Below are positions 9,773-20,800 of a stretch of 64,000 nucleotides of DNA, in pieces (within the stretch, counting starts at the first letter, position 1; each line of letters opens with the position of its first letter). The DNA is from an uncultured Candidatus Binatia bacterium (GTDB lineage: Bacteria > Desulfobacterota > Binatia > UBA9968 > JAJDTQ01): the NCBI GenBank assembly GCA_964291295.2, contig OZ219754.1:3488001-3552000 (forward strand). The letters run 5' to 3'. Both the position numbers and the translations under genes were made by a program. Under the pieces are notes generated by a model. It saw nothing but the letters and a program-made list of their open reading frames with translations, was not told where the DNA came from and did not search any database.

Positions 9773-10699
9773 TCAACCGGATATGACACCTTTGACCAGC
9801 CGTACCCGGCTGGTGTCGCGCAACTCGTCGAACCGCTCCCGTTCCACCGCGAAGTAGTAGGGGTACGCGGAACTCTTGAGGATGTAGTGATCGCCTTGCT
9901 CCGGCGCCGCCACCCTGTGCCGGATGGTCGTTCCCGCCCTGGTCTCGATGAGGTACTCGAAGATGAGCCTTCCGGCGGCGAAGCGCGCCTTGCCGTCTTT
10001 TGAAAGCACATCCTCGAAGCCGACGTCCGCCACGCGGTCCACGAGCCGCCGCACCGGTTCGGCATCGGTCTCCTCGTTTTCCCGCAGCCTTTCGACCTGG
10101 AAACCGTCATCCCCGGCCTTCAACGCATAGGCCCCCAGATCGATGCGGGCGATGTCCTCCACGGGAGTCTTCAGGATTTCCATGTCATACCAGGCCTCCG
10201 CTTTCGGCGGGGCGTCGAAGGCGTTGAAATCGATGGCGTACGTATGATCGTCGCCGTCGAGACGGGCGTGCACCTTCCGGAATCCCGGCGATGAGCCGAG
10301 GAAGAGGTCGCCGAGGACATCCTTGCCCTTGAGAAACCGCACCCGCCGCTCGTAGTGGTCCGCAGCCACCTTGAACTGTCTGGCCGCGACCCGGGTCCTG
10401 CCCACCGGCCAGGACCGCCTGACCCCCAGCAGCTTCTCGGCAAACTGTTCGAACTTCACGGCGGAGACCGGAAAGTCGCCCTTCCCGGGCAGAACCCAGG
10501 CGCCGTCTTTCCGCGCCAACCGCAACGGCGTTCCCGTCATCTCCTCGATGGTCACGGTATCGGCGCTCTCGAGGTCGAGGGCGAGCAGCGGCGTATCCGC
10601 CTCGAAAGCGCCGGGGTCGTCTCCCCGCAGGTTCACCCCGGCCACCAGACCCGCCTGCAGCACCAGCAACAGCAACAGGAGCTTGATGGATCGGCTCAT
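9773..10699 (-). CDS. DUF4340-like membrane-anchored protein
   Basis: N-terminal TM, LARKDGAWVL, LFLGSSPGFRKVHARL; typical partner downstream of GldG-like gene. Confidence 0.75.
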   Translation of the reverse strand: MSRSIKLLLLLLVLQAGLVAGVNLRGDDPGAFEADTPLLALDLESADTVTIEEMTGTPLRLARKDGAWVLPGKGDFPVSAVKFEQFAEKLLGVRRSWPVGRTRVAARQFKVAADHYERRVRFLKGKDVLGDLFLGSSPGFRKVHARLDGDDHTYAIDFNAFDAPPKAEAWYDMEILKTPVEDIARIDLGAYALKAGDDGFQVERLRENEETDAEPVRRLVDRVADVGFEDVLSKDGKARFAAGRLIFEYLIETRAGTTIRHRVAAPEQGDHYILKSSAYPYYFAVERERFDELRDTSRVRLVKGVISG

Positions 10700-10755
10700 G
10701 CAAACACCTTCCATTCAGGCCCCTCCTTCGGCCACGTTGCCCGATGAGAGGGGCT

Positions 10756-13665
10756 CTATCGGGCCGCCAGCATCCTCTGGCAGCGATTCCGCAGGCGGCG
10801 CTGATGATAACGGTGTGCTCCGTAGATACAAACCAGGCCCATGAGCACGATGCCGTAGTTGAAGTATTCCCAGAAGGCCTTCCGCTCACGGGTCATGGGC
10901 ACCAAGGTTCGCGCAAAATGGGCCCGGCTCCGGATGGACAGCAGCGCACGGTCTTCCAAGGCCCAGTCCACGGCGTTCTCCAGGAACTGCAGCGAGTTGA
11001 CGAAACGGTCGTTGGCCGCGGCACGGGAGAGCTGCAGTGTCTGGTCGGTGAACGCCTCGTTGGAACCGATGAGGATGATACGGGCGGATTCCGGCGACTT
11101 CTCGATCATTCCCGTCACCACCGGCTGCTCCGCCGCCGTCTCTCCCACCCCCTCGCCCGTCTCCGGCGGCGGTCTCTCTGCGCTGTCGTCCTTGGCCAAC
11201 AACGGCGAATCCTTGCCGGCGTAGTAGGAACGGAAGGTGCCCTCCACCACCGCCGCCAGCACCTGACGCCGGGACGACCCCTCTTTCTGGAAACCCAGCT
11301 CAGGATGCACCCTGAAGTCGGGATGCACCTTCAGGGAACTCGACGTCCAGGACGTGTCGGAACTCGCCAGCAGCGGCGTCGCGACCCTGACCCCGGCCTC
11401 GTCATCCGGCAGTGTCAACGGCGAAGCCCAGCTCATGGTCAACTGCGGCAACCTGGCGGTAATCGGGTTTTCCCGGTTGAGGCCCGCCCCTCTGACGTCC
11501 ACGAAATACGGGTACGGCACGAGTTGCAGCTCCCGGACCGCGACATTGCCCGCCCTCCTGTTTACGAACACCGGGAAGGGTTCGTTCTGCGGATCCAGCA
11601 CCAGGCTCTTCTGCAACGTCACACCATAGTGCTCCAGCAGCGGTTCGAGACCCGACGTGTGCCGGGCGGCGGCCAGGCCGGCGGGAGTGCGACGGACCGT
11701 GTAGGGCGAAGTCATGACGGTCACGGAACCGCCCTGCATGAGGAACTGATCCACGGCAAACCGCTGCTCCGGCGTCAGTTCCCCGGGCGCCGCGAGTACC
11801 AGCAGGTCGACGTATTCCGGCACCAGACCGGACTTCAGGTCCACGTCGGCGACGCGATAGTTTTCCCGCAGCTTCTGCCGCAGAAACCGGAACCGCCTGG
11901 GCGGCGGTTGGGGCGATACGCCCGGCTGCCGCGGCTCCGGCGGCGGGGTGTGGAACCCGATGGTCTTGATGAACCCGGGAGCGAGTCTCTGGAGCGCCGA
12001 CTCCACGCTCCGCCGCGCGTCCTCCTGGTTCAGCTTCCCGGGAAGGGGCACCTGCACCGTGCGGCCGCTGTGCTTCATGACCATGTAGAAATAGAAGCGT
12101 TGCGAATCGAGGGGTCCGGCCGCCATGGGACGGAAGCCGTACCGGTCGGCAAGCTGCCTGGCCACCGCGGCGCCCTGGGCCTCGGGATCGACGAGTTCGT
12201 AACGGAACTTTCCTGCCGACTCCTTGCGGAGTTCCCGCAGCACCCCCAGCAAGTGCCGCTTGAAGGCCACGATGGACTCCGGCAGCTTTTCTTCCAGCGA
12301 GACGTATCCTCGAAACTCCACCGGCTGATCGATTCCGGCAAAGAGCGTCCCGACGTCCTGGAAGCCGTACAGTACCTTCTTCATGCTCCGGGCGAGGTCG
12401 TACTCGAGGTTCCGCAGGCGCACCCGGGTGCCGGTTTGCCCACCCCTGATCTCGATCAGATCGGTGAACCGCAGTACTTCGTGCTTGTCGCCGTACTGGA
12501 GGAGGATGTCGAAGTAGGAGTGCACCAAGGATGTCTGGTACCGGTCGGCGGTCCGGAACGGAACCGGACGGATGTTGTAGCGCTGGTTGGCCTCCTCCTC
12601 GAGGTCGGGCTCCTCGCGCGGGTCCACGAACTCGGCGCGCACCCGGCCGCCGCTGATGGACTCGATCTCGCGGATGGTATCGCGGATGCGGGGCACCAGC
12701 GAGGCCAGCACCGGATGGGTCCGGGCGCTGAAATAGCCCCGGATGAGCAACGGCTCCCGCAGTTGGGCCATGAGGTCCCGAGTTGCCCGGGAGATGGTGT
12801 AGTCCTTTCGTCCGGTGAGGTCCGCGCGCACGGTCACGCCGCGATGGAGCCAGAAATTCACCAGGACGAAGTTGAGAATGACCAGAACCGTCACGGTCCG
12901 CCATGCACGGTGGCGTGACTTCTGGCCTTCCCTCGACCATCGGAGCCGTTCCAGGGAAAAGACGTTCAGGGTGAGAAAGACGCCCGTCAAGCTCATGTAG
13001 TAACAGACGTCCCGCAGATCCAGAATGCCCCGGGTGATGGACTCGAAGCGCACGCCCGTGGCCGCCAGACCCAGATATTCGGCCCAGGGGCTGCCCACCA
13101 GGGACCCTGCCGTGAGCGAGCCCGGCAGATAGAACAGAAAGCCGATCACGGTGGTGAGAATAAGGCTCGCGATCTGGCTCTCGTTCCGGGCGCTGATGTA
13201 GAGGCCCATGGAGCAATAGGCGGCCGCCAGCAGCAATGAGGCCATGTAGGCTCCCAGCACCGGGCCCCAGTCGAACTCCCCCATGAAGGAAACGGAGACC
13301 GGGACTGCCGCCGTCAGTGCCAGCGCGATGGCCACCAGCCCGAGACACGCCAGGAACTTGCCGAGCACGAGATGGAGCGTCCTGACGGGCATGGTGAAGA
13401 GGAACTCGAGAGTCTCCATGCGACGCTCTTCGCTCCACATCTTCATGGTCAGGGCCGCGCTGAGAAAGATCAGCAGGATCGGCATCCACTCGAACAACGG
13501 CCTCGCGTCGACGATGTTGCGCGCGAAGAATTGCTCGACCCAGAAGAAGATGAACAGGCACACGGCCGAGAACGTCCCCAGGAATATGAAGGCCACCGGC
13601 GATGAGAAGAAGGCGGAAAATTCCTTCCTCGCGATGCTCCAGATGCTACCCGCCATGACGGCCAT
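10756..13665 (-). CDS. GldF/GldG-like ABC transporter permease fused to auxiliary domain
   Basis: IARKEFSAFFSSPVAFIF, MKMWSEERR..TLEFL, RADLT..YTIS, LEYDLAR, FAVDQFLMQGG, NAVDWAL. Confidence 0.88.
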   Translation of the reverse strand: MAVMAGSIWSIARKEFSAFFSSPVAFIFLGTFSAVCLFIFFWVEQFFARNIVDARPLFEWMPILLIFLSAALTMKMWSEERRMETLEFLFTMPVRTLHLVLGKFLACLGLVAIALALTAAVPVSVSFMGEFDWGPVLGAYMASLLLAAAYCSMGLYISARNESQIASLILTTVIGFLFYLPGSLTAGSLVGSPWAEYLGLAATGVRFESITRGILDLRDVCYYMSLTGVFLTLNVFSLERLRWSREGQKSRHRAWRTVTVLVILNFVLVNFWLHRGVTVRADLTGRKDYTISRATRDLMAQLREPLLIRGYFSARTHPVLASLVPRIRDTIREIESISGGRVRAEFVDPREEPDLEEEANQRYNIRPVPFRTADRYQTSLVHSYFDILLQYGDKHEVLRFTDLIEIRGGQTGTRVRLRNLEYDLARSMKKVLYGFQDVGTLFAGIDQPVEFRGYVSLEEKLPESIVAFKRHLLGVLRELRKESAGKFRYELVDPEAQGAAVARQLADRYGFRPMAAGPLDSQRFYFYMVMKHSGRTVQVPLPGKLNQEDARRSVESALQRLAPGFIKTIGFHTPPPEPRQPGVSPQPPPRRFRFLRQKLRENYRVADVDLKSGLVPEYVDLLVLAAPGELTPEQRFAVDQFLMQGGSVTVMTSPYTVRRTPAGLAAARHTSGLEPLLEHYGVTLQKSLVLDPQNEPFPVFVNRRAGNVAVRELQLVPYPYFVDVRGAGLNRENPITARLPQLTMSWASPLTLPDDEAGVRVATPLLASSDTSWTSSSLKVHPDFRVHPELGFQKEGSSRRQVLAAVVEGTFRSYYAGKDSPLLAKDDSAERPPPETGEGVGETAAEQPVVTGMIEKSPESARIILIGSNEAFTDQTLQLSRAAANDRFVNSLQFLENAVDWALEDRALLSIRSRAHFARTLVPMTRERKAFWEYFNYGIVLMGLVCIYGAHRYHQRRLRNRCQRMLAAR

Positions 13666-14578
13666 TCTCCCCCACCTCGCGGAACACGGTCTCCAGGGTC
13701 CGTGCCTCCTCGCTCATGCGATAGAGGTTCCAGCCCCGTTCCACGGCTTCCTTGGCGACGCTGGGGGCCACCTTGTTCATGGCAACGTCGAACTCCAGGC
13801 GGTAGCACCCCCCGCGCGGCTCCTGCACCGGTACGACGGCGACCACTCCCGGGATCTGCCGGAGCCGTTCGGCCGCGTCGTCCGACGGATTCCCGAGCCC
13901 CACCACCAGTCGATGGGACTCCTGCAACTCGCTCAGCCGGGCATCCACCGCGATGCGCCCCTGCACCATGATGATCACCCGTTCGCAGACGGCCTCCACT
14001 TCCTGAAGGATGTGCGTGGAAACGATGATCGTGGCGTTCCGGCTCAAATCGCCGACCAGCGACCGCATCTGGAATATCTGCGCGGGATCCAGACCGTTGG
14101 TGGGCTCGTCGAGGATCAGGATCTCCGGCTCGTGCACGATGGCCTGGGCAACTCCCAGCCGCTGCCGGTAGCCCTTCGACAGCGTGCTCACAGGATCCAG
14201 CGCCCGGTCCGCCAGCCAAGTCCGCTCCAGTGCCCACCGCAGCGACGCCGGCCGACGAGAACGTGGAATCCCGCGCAGGTCGGCCACGTGCTCAAGGTAG
14301 CGCATCACCGACATGTCCGGATAGAGCGGCGCGTTCTCGGACAGATAACCGATCCTGCGCTGGATGCTCAGCCGCTCCTCGGCAAGCTCCATGCCGTCGA
14401 TCATCACCGACCCCGCGGTAGGCTCGATGTACCCGGTGAGCATCCGCATGATGGTGGTCTTCCCGGCGCCGTTGTGTCCCAGGAGACCGACGACCTCCGC
14501 CCTCCCGATGGAAAAGGAGACGTTGTCCACCGCCACCAGATCGCCATACTTTCGGGTAAGACCCTCGACCTCGATCAA
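13646..14578 (-). CDS. ABC transporter ATP-binding protein (GldA-like)
   Basis: GHNGAGKTT, LSKGYRQR, LILDEPTNGLD, STH; TTG start after GGAGG. Confidence 0.93.
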   Translation of the reverse strand: MIEVEGLTRKYGDLVAVDNVSFSIGRAEVVGLLGHNGAGKTTIMRMLTGYIEPTAGSVMIDGMELAEERLSIQRRIGYLSENAPLYPDMSVMRYLEHVADLRGIPRSRRPASLRWALERTWLADRALDPVSTLSKGYRQRLGVAQAIVHEPEILILDEPTNGLDPAQIFQMRSLVGDLSRNATIIVSTHILQEVEAVCERVIIMVQGRIAVDARLSELQESHRLVVGLGNPSDDAAERLRQIPGVVAVVPVQEPRGGCYRLEFDVAMNKVAPSVAKEAVERGWNLYRMSEEARTLETVFREVGENGRHGG

Positions 14579-14759
14579 GCTGCATCCTCCCACTGTTCTG
14601 GGCCATGTTCAGGGGCTCGGGGCGAAACGGGGAAACTCAACGAGAAAGTTTCTAACAGATACGGTGAGGCGGTGCGAATCGAGACTCGACAGGCGTCGAT
14701 CTGACGGCTGTTCCCGCTGTCGAACTCTCGTGAAGCGGAGTCGGGTGCGGCACGCGTGA

Positions 14760-15362
14760 AGCCAGGCCAACGCCAGGATCGCGTATCGGGCCGCGGGCGC
14801 CGGCCTTGGAGGAGACGAAGAGTTGCCCAGGCTCGACATCAGAGAAGGGAGCCGCCGGGCGGTCTCGGAGATCGAAGACGATCACATCCGCCATGCGCTC
14901 GTGACAACTCTGTCGGAGCTGCTGCGCGAGCAGAACATAACACGCCGCTACGGTAGGATGGCCCTCAAGTGACTCGACGTCTTTTCCGTGCGTGGGTTCC
15001 CAGTCGGCCCGGTGCAGGTCGAATTCGACCTGCCGGCCATCGTCAACGGCACAGATTCCAGCGCTGACTCCGGCGGCTGGACGCACATCGCGGAGAAGTA
15101 CGTCAAGGCGAAGCGCGATGGCGCCGCTGCCTGCGAAGTCCGGCAGATCGAATCGGGCGAAACCCGGGGTTCCGCTGCAGGCGAACACGTCGCCGAACGC
15201 CTCAAGGCGGCCGCCGCGGTGTCTTCGCCCACTTCAGGAGTGCAACCGGGACCGCGTGTCATATCGAAGTCATCGTTCGTGCTGTCGACCCGGAGACACT
15301 TGCCTGACGACACCAACAAAGCTAAATTGCGAATTATCGGTCTGGTTGAGGGCACTCGATGA
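14760..15362 (+). pseudogene. Possible degraded gene of unknown family upstream of cas4-cas1
   Basis: One frame reads protein-like across a single TGA (SQANARIAYRAAG...RRYGRMALK*LDVFSVRGFPVGPVQVEFDLP...LRIIGLVEGTR*). Confidence 0.35.
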
Positions 15363-15569
15363 GCATATCGCAGGCTCGTCCTTCAGTGAGTCGTGGGCGC
15401 CATGAGGCTCAAGCGGTAAGCACGACAGTCCGGGCAGCCGCGGCCCAGCCCCGTCGAACGGCTTGGAACCCGGCGCCAATGGATCATCCATCCCTGGAGT
15501 TGTCCCATACCGAAACGCCGCCGTGGGACGATTCCGTGTTCTGAGCACACCAACCGGCACAGCCCGCCC

Positions 15570-17306
15570 ATGAAGCCCACACACCCCCACGATCTTCACG
15601 TACCCGCACCGGCAGCGGCAGACGACCCGTTGGTTCCAGCGCGAATGGTGAACGAGTTCGTCTACTGTCCGCGTCTCGCCTATCTCATGTGGAGCCAAGC
15701 CGAGTGGGCGGAGACAGGCGACACCGTGGACGGGCGACGCGTTCATGCGCGAGTCGACCGTCCAAACGCGCCGTTGCCCGATCCAGCGGCGCTGGACGAC
15801 GACGAAGTCAAAGTGATCAGTCGATCCCTTACGCTCTCGTCGGAAGAGCTGGGTGTGATCGCAAAAATCGACATTGCCGAGGCCAAGGACGGCGTGGTGA
15901 CGCCGGTCGACTACAAGCGCGGCAAGCGGCCTCATGTGGCGCACGGCGCATACGAACCGGAACGCGTCCAGGTCTGCCTTCAGGCGTTGTTGCTCGAAGA
16001 ACACGGCTACAGGGTCGAGGAAGGCGCCATTTGGTACGCCGGGAGCCGGGAACGTGTCCGGGTTGAGCTGGATGGCGAACTGCGGCTCGCCGCCCGGGAG
16101 GCGGTGAGCCGTCTACGCCGGACCGTCGCCCAGGGCAAGCTTCCACCGCCGTTGCGGGACAGCCCGAAATGCCCGCGCTGCGCGCTCGTATCCATCTGCC
16201 TGCCTGACGAAATGCGTTCGCTCGGCGGATCGGACCTCGCGCCCCGACCCATTGCGGTCGGGAGCGACGAAGCACTGCCGTTGATCGTCCAGTCGCAGCG
16301 GGCGCGCGTCACCAAGGAAGGCGAGACCCTCAGGATCGCCGACGAGGAACAAGGTGACATCACCGTGCGGTTGAGCGAAGTATCCGACGTGGCACTGTTC
16401 GGGAACGTCTCCATCACCACGCCGGCACTTGTCACGCTCATGGACCGCGAAATCCCGGTGGCCTTCCACAGCCACGGCGGTTGGTTCCGCGGTGTCGCCC
16501 ACGGGACCGGCCACCGAAACGTCGAGGTGCGCACAGCGCAGTACCGGCGCAGCTTCGACGCGGACTACTGCCTGAGTTTCGCCCGCGACCTGGTAGCCGC
16601 CAAGATCGTGAACCAGCGAACCCTTGTGCGCCGTAACTGGCGTGGCGACCGCGACCGCCGCAAGAAAGTACTGGATCGGCTCAACGCAGCCCGAAGGTCG
16701 ACAAGGGCGGCAACCTCGATGGGCGCGCTGCTGGGGCTCGAAGGGGACTCGGCAGCCACATACTTCCGGGCATTCGCCGATCTGCTGACATCGCCAGGCA
16801 ACGACAAGTCGCAAGACGATTCGGAAGATCTGGCGCCGTTCCACTTCGACGCGCGCAACCGCCGTCCTCCGACCGATCCCGTCAACGCCATGCTGTCGTT
16901 CGGCTACGCCATGCTGACGCGGCACCTGACCGTAGCCCTCGCCACCGTTGGACTCGACCCCTATCGCGGCCTCTTCCATGCATCGCGTTACGGCAAGCCC
17001 GCGCTGTCCCTCGACATCATGGAACCGTTCCGTCCGATCGTCGCCGATTCGGTGGTGCTTTCGGCGGTGAACACCGGTGAAATATCGCCCAGCGACTTCG
17101 TGACGGCTCCTACGGGAACGTCGCTGACAAGCGCCGGGCGGCGCCGTTTCGTGGGTGCATTCGAGCGGAGACTTTCTCAGGAGACGACCCATCCGCTGTT
17201 CGGCTACCGGCTGAGCATGCGACGGTTGCTGCTGCTCCAGGCGCGCTTGTTGTGCCGCCATCTCCTGGGCGAACTGCCCAGTTATCCGCACTATCTTCCG
17301 AGGTGA
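15570..17306 (+). CDS. cas1: CRISPR-associated Cas4-Cas1 fusion (type I-G/I-U)
   Basis: Cas4: EFVYCPR, IAKIDIAE, PVDYKRG, KCPRCALVSICLP; Cas1: LFGNVSITT, LGLEGDSAATYF, RNRRPPTDPVNAMLSFGY, LDIMEPFRP. Confidence 0.97.
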   Translation: MKPTHPHDLHVPAPAAADDPLVPARMVNEFVYCPRLAYLMWSQAEWAETGDTVDGRRVHARVDRPNAPLPDPAALDDDEVKVISRSLTLSSEELGVIAKIDIAEAKDGVVTPVDYKRGKRPHVAHGAYEPERVQVCLQALLLEEHGYRVEEGAIWYAGSRERVRVELDGELRLAAREAVSRLRRTVAQGKLPPPLRDSPKCPRCALVSICLPDEMRSLGGSDLAPRPIAVGSDEALPLIVQSQRARVTKEGETLRIADEEQGDITVRLSEVSDVALFGNVSITTPALVTLMDREIPVAFHSHGGWFRGVAHGTGHRNVEVRTAQYRRSFDADYCLSFARDLVAAKIVNQRTLVRRNWRGDRDRRKKVLDRLNAARRSTRAATSMGALLGLEGDSAATYFRAFADLLTSPGNDKSQDDSEDLAPFHFDARNRRPPTDPVNAMLSFGYAMLTRHLTVALATVGLDPYRGLFHASRYGKPALSLDIMEPFRPIVADSVVLSAVNTGEISPSDFVTAPTGTSLTSAGRRRFVGAFERRLSQETTHPLFGYRLSMRRLLLLQARLLCRHLLGELPSYPHYLPR

Positions 17307-17319
17307 ACGGTGGCGCACC

Positions 17320-17613
17320 ATGAGCGACGAGCGCACCTACATCGTCACCTACGACATTGCCGACAACCGGCGTTGGCGGCGCGTCTTCAAGGCCCTGCAT
17401 GGCTTCGGGGAGTGGCTCCAACTCTCGGTGTTCCAGTGTCGCCTGTCGCGCCGCCGCCGCGTCGAACTGGAAGCAAGGCTGCGCGAACTCGTCAAGGAGG
17501 GCGAAGACCACGTGTTGATCATCGACATCGGTCCGGCGGACAAGACCGATGTTGCGGTCATGAGCATCGGCAAGACGTTCTCGGCGATCGAACGCCAAGC
17601 AGTGGTTGTATGA
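17320..17613 (+). CDS. cas2: CRISPR-associated endonuclease Cas2
   Basis: YIVTYDIADNRRWRRVFK, GEWLQLSVFQC, EDHVLIIDIG. Confidence 0.97.
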   Translation: MSDERTYIVTYDIADNRRWRRVFKALHGFGEWLQLSVFQCRLSRRRRVELEARLRELVKEGEDHVLIIDIGPADKTDVAVMSIGKTFSAIERQAVVV

Positions 17614-17876
17614 TGGCACAGTCGAGTCAAAGTGCCGGAGGTTCAACAGGCGCCCCGGAAAACAGACCTTGCCTGTCCGCCGAGTCGATTCGAGCGGCGA
17701 GGCAACGCAGAAACACCCGGAGTCGCTCGAACCTGCGCATCCTGTTGATTTTCAAGGTTTTCGAAGCACTGACCTGGCCACGACAGCGGCCAACCGAGAC
17801 CCCTCGACCCAGCAAGTCAGGACCGCTCGAAAGCGTCCGGATTTTGCCTTGGCCAACAAAGACTTGTATAGTGACC
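17614..17876 (+). promoter_or_regulatory. CRISPR leader
   Basis: Non-coding region between cas2 and first repeat with AT-rich patches (TGTTGATTTTCAAGGTTTT, GACTTGTATAGT); repeat 3' end ATTGAAG implies + strand transcription. Confidence 0.8.
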
Positions 17877-20800
17877 GTATCCGGGGCGCATGCGCCCCGG
17901 CCTCATTGAAGTGAATGTGACTGTGTCCTTGCCAAGCCCGCACCGCGCAGTATCCGGGGCGCATGCGCCCCGGCCTCATTGAAGTATCCTGTTAACGCTG
18001 CTCATCTCGCTGCTCCTTTCCCGTATCCGGGGCGCATGCGCCCCGGCCTCATTGAAGTCGGCTACTCATCGCTACTCCTCCCTAGGGTTAAGGGGTATCC
18101 GGGGCGCATGCGCCCCGGCCTCATTGAAGTATCCTGTTAATCGCCCTGCTCATAACGCTGCTCATCTCGCTGGTATCCGGGGCGCATGCGCCCCGGCCTC
18201 ATTGAAGTGTCCCAGAGAAGGTGTTGAGGCTAAGTGCATTGGCATCGTATCCGGGGCGCATGCGCCCCGGCCTCATTGAAGTATGATCAATATCACAATA
18301 CGCCTGTGCATCGCTACCCCGTATCCGGGGCGCATGCGCCCCGGCCTCATTGAAGTGCCGTGGCGGTTGCATTCGCGCTGCAACCGCGTGTTGTATCCGG
18401 GGCGCATGCGCCCCGGCCTCATTGAAGTCAACTCTGCCGGGCAAATTATTCCGGGGAGCGATCCACGTATCCGGGGCGCATGCGCCCCGGCCTCATTGAA
18501 GTACATAGCCAGCCGGCATCAACAACACCGTCCCGAACGTATCCGGGGCGCATGCGCCCCGGCCTCATTGAAGTGAGGTTTCGGCCAAAGCGCCAACGAC
18601 CAGCGACAAGTATCCGGGGCGCATGCGCCCCGGCCTCATTGAAGTGTCTCGCCAAGCCGCGTCGATGGCGGCACGGTTCCGGTATCCGGGGCGCATGCGC
18701 CCCGGCCTCATTGAAGTAATTTGACGAACCCGGTTGGACAGCCCGCTTTTGACTTGTATCCGGGGCGCATGCGCCCCGGCCTCATTGAAGTGACGACTAT
18801 CTGGAGGAGCGCGGGCGGGACTCCGCGCGTATCCGGGGCGCATGCGCCCCGGCCTCATTGAAGTAGCCTCAGCCTGTTCGCCATCCATGGAGATTATGGT
18901 GTATCCGGGGCGCATGCGCCCCGGCCTCATTGAAGTGACGACTCTTCGCAAAAGGACAGGACCAGGCACCAGTATCCGGGGCGCATGCGCCCCGGCCTCA
19001 TTGAAGTAGTCCAGACCAGTCCAGACCTAACCCCTAGTTAAGTGTATCCGGGGCGCATGCGCCCCGGCCTCATTGAAGTGGTCTTGACCAGGCCCGGCAC
19101 CAGTTCCTTGAGCAGAGTATCCGGGGCGCATGCGCCCCGGCCTCATTGAAGTGCCGTCCTGCGGATATTCTCGACGTTCATGCGTCCCTGTATCCGGGGC
19201 GCATGCGCCCCGGCCTCATTGAAGTTCGAGCTGCGGCGAGAACGAGGCTGGACCGAAGATGAGTATCCGGGGCGCATGCGCCCCGGCCTCATTGAAGTGA
19301 CCGGTTCCTGAAGTGGAGGAAAACGGGGCTTCCGGCAGTATCCGGGGCGCATGCGCCCCGGCCTCATTGAAGTCCGTCACGTCGCCGGGTGATGTACTCA
19401 CGGTCAGGTTGTATCCGGGGCGCATGCGCCCCGGCCTCATTGAAGTTCCACGACCGCCTTCGAGGACCCTTCACTGAGGCCCAGGAGTATCCGGGGCGCA
19501 TGCGCCCCGGCCTCATTGAAGTGGAGGAGCGGAGGATGATCGCGCTCATCCACTACTGGTATCCGGGGCGCATGCGCCCCGGCCTCATTGAAGTGCCCCT
19601 CCCCTGGTGTCCCCCGGTCACGAATCCGGGGTATCCGGGGCGCATGCGCCCCGGCCTCATTGAAGTGCGCCTTGAGCTTGCCGCGCGGCGGCGGCAAGTC
19701 CACGTATCCGGGGCGCATGCGCCCCGGCCTCATTGAAGTGCCGAGCTGCCGCACGGGGCGGTGATGCGTCCCCTCGTATCCGGGGCGCATGCGCCCCGGC
19801 CTCATTGAAGTGCGAGCGGCACCCGCCATAGGCCCAGCGATGTCAAGTATCCGGGGCGCATGCGCCCCGGCCTCATTGAAGTGTCAAGGATAGCCTTGAC
19901 GCGCTTCAACGTAGCGGCGGGTATCCGGGGCGCATGCGCCCCGGCCTCATTGAAGTGCGTACATCACAACTGCCATCCCAAGAAGGATGGCGTATCCGGG
20001 GCGCATGCGCCCCGGCCTCATTGAAGTAACCTACTGACCTTGGATGCCACCCCAGTGGTGGCATCGTATCCGGGGCGCATGCGCCCCGGCCTCATTGAAG
20101 TGCGTCTTGGCGGCAAGACCGCCAGAGCTCCACGAGAAGTATCCGGGGCGCATGCGCCCCGGCCTCATTGAAGTCGAGCCGCCCCCAGGGCTTGCCACCC
20201 CCGCCCACATGGTATCCGGGGCGCATGCGCCCCGGCCTCATTGAAGTGTAGACGCATCGCGTTATTGGTCATCCGGATTGAGCTGTATCCGGGGCGCATG
20301 CGCCCCGGCCTCATTGAAGTTTCAATTTTCACGGGCGCAACGGCGCGCACTTCGTCAGCCGGTATCCGGGGCGCATGCGCCCCGGCCTCATTGAAGTACC
20401 AGGGTAAGGCTGCTGGCAAATAGCTAGCCACCAAGTATCCGGGGCGCATGCGCCCCGGCCTCATTGAAGTGGGGGAAGGGTATGCCTCGTGGATCATATC
20501 CACGAGGTATCCGGGGCGCATGCGCCCCGGCCTCATTGAAGTGGGGGAAGGGTATGCCTCGTGGATCATATCCACGAGGTATCCGGGGCGCATGCGCCCC
20601 GGCCTCATTGAAGTTCTTTTCCCAAAGCTCCTGTTTCGGCCCGCGCTGGCGGGCGTATCCGGGGCGCATGCGCCCCGGCCTCATTGAAGTGTCTTGCGTA
20701 GCGCCTGCCTGTCTGACCGCCGACTCCACAGTATCCGGGGCGCATGCGCCCCGGCCTCATTGAAGTGCGAAGGCCTTGGCGGAGGGCAGCCGCTGGCCCA

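Noticed and set aside
17635-17660. Degenerate repeat or mini-array in the leader (GCGCCCCGG)
   Set aside because: A 9-nt GC-rich match is expected by chance and lacks the ATTGAAG end
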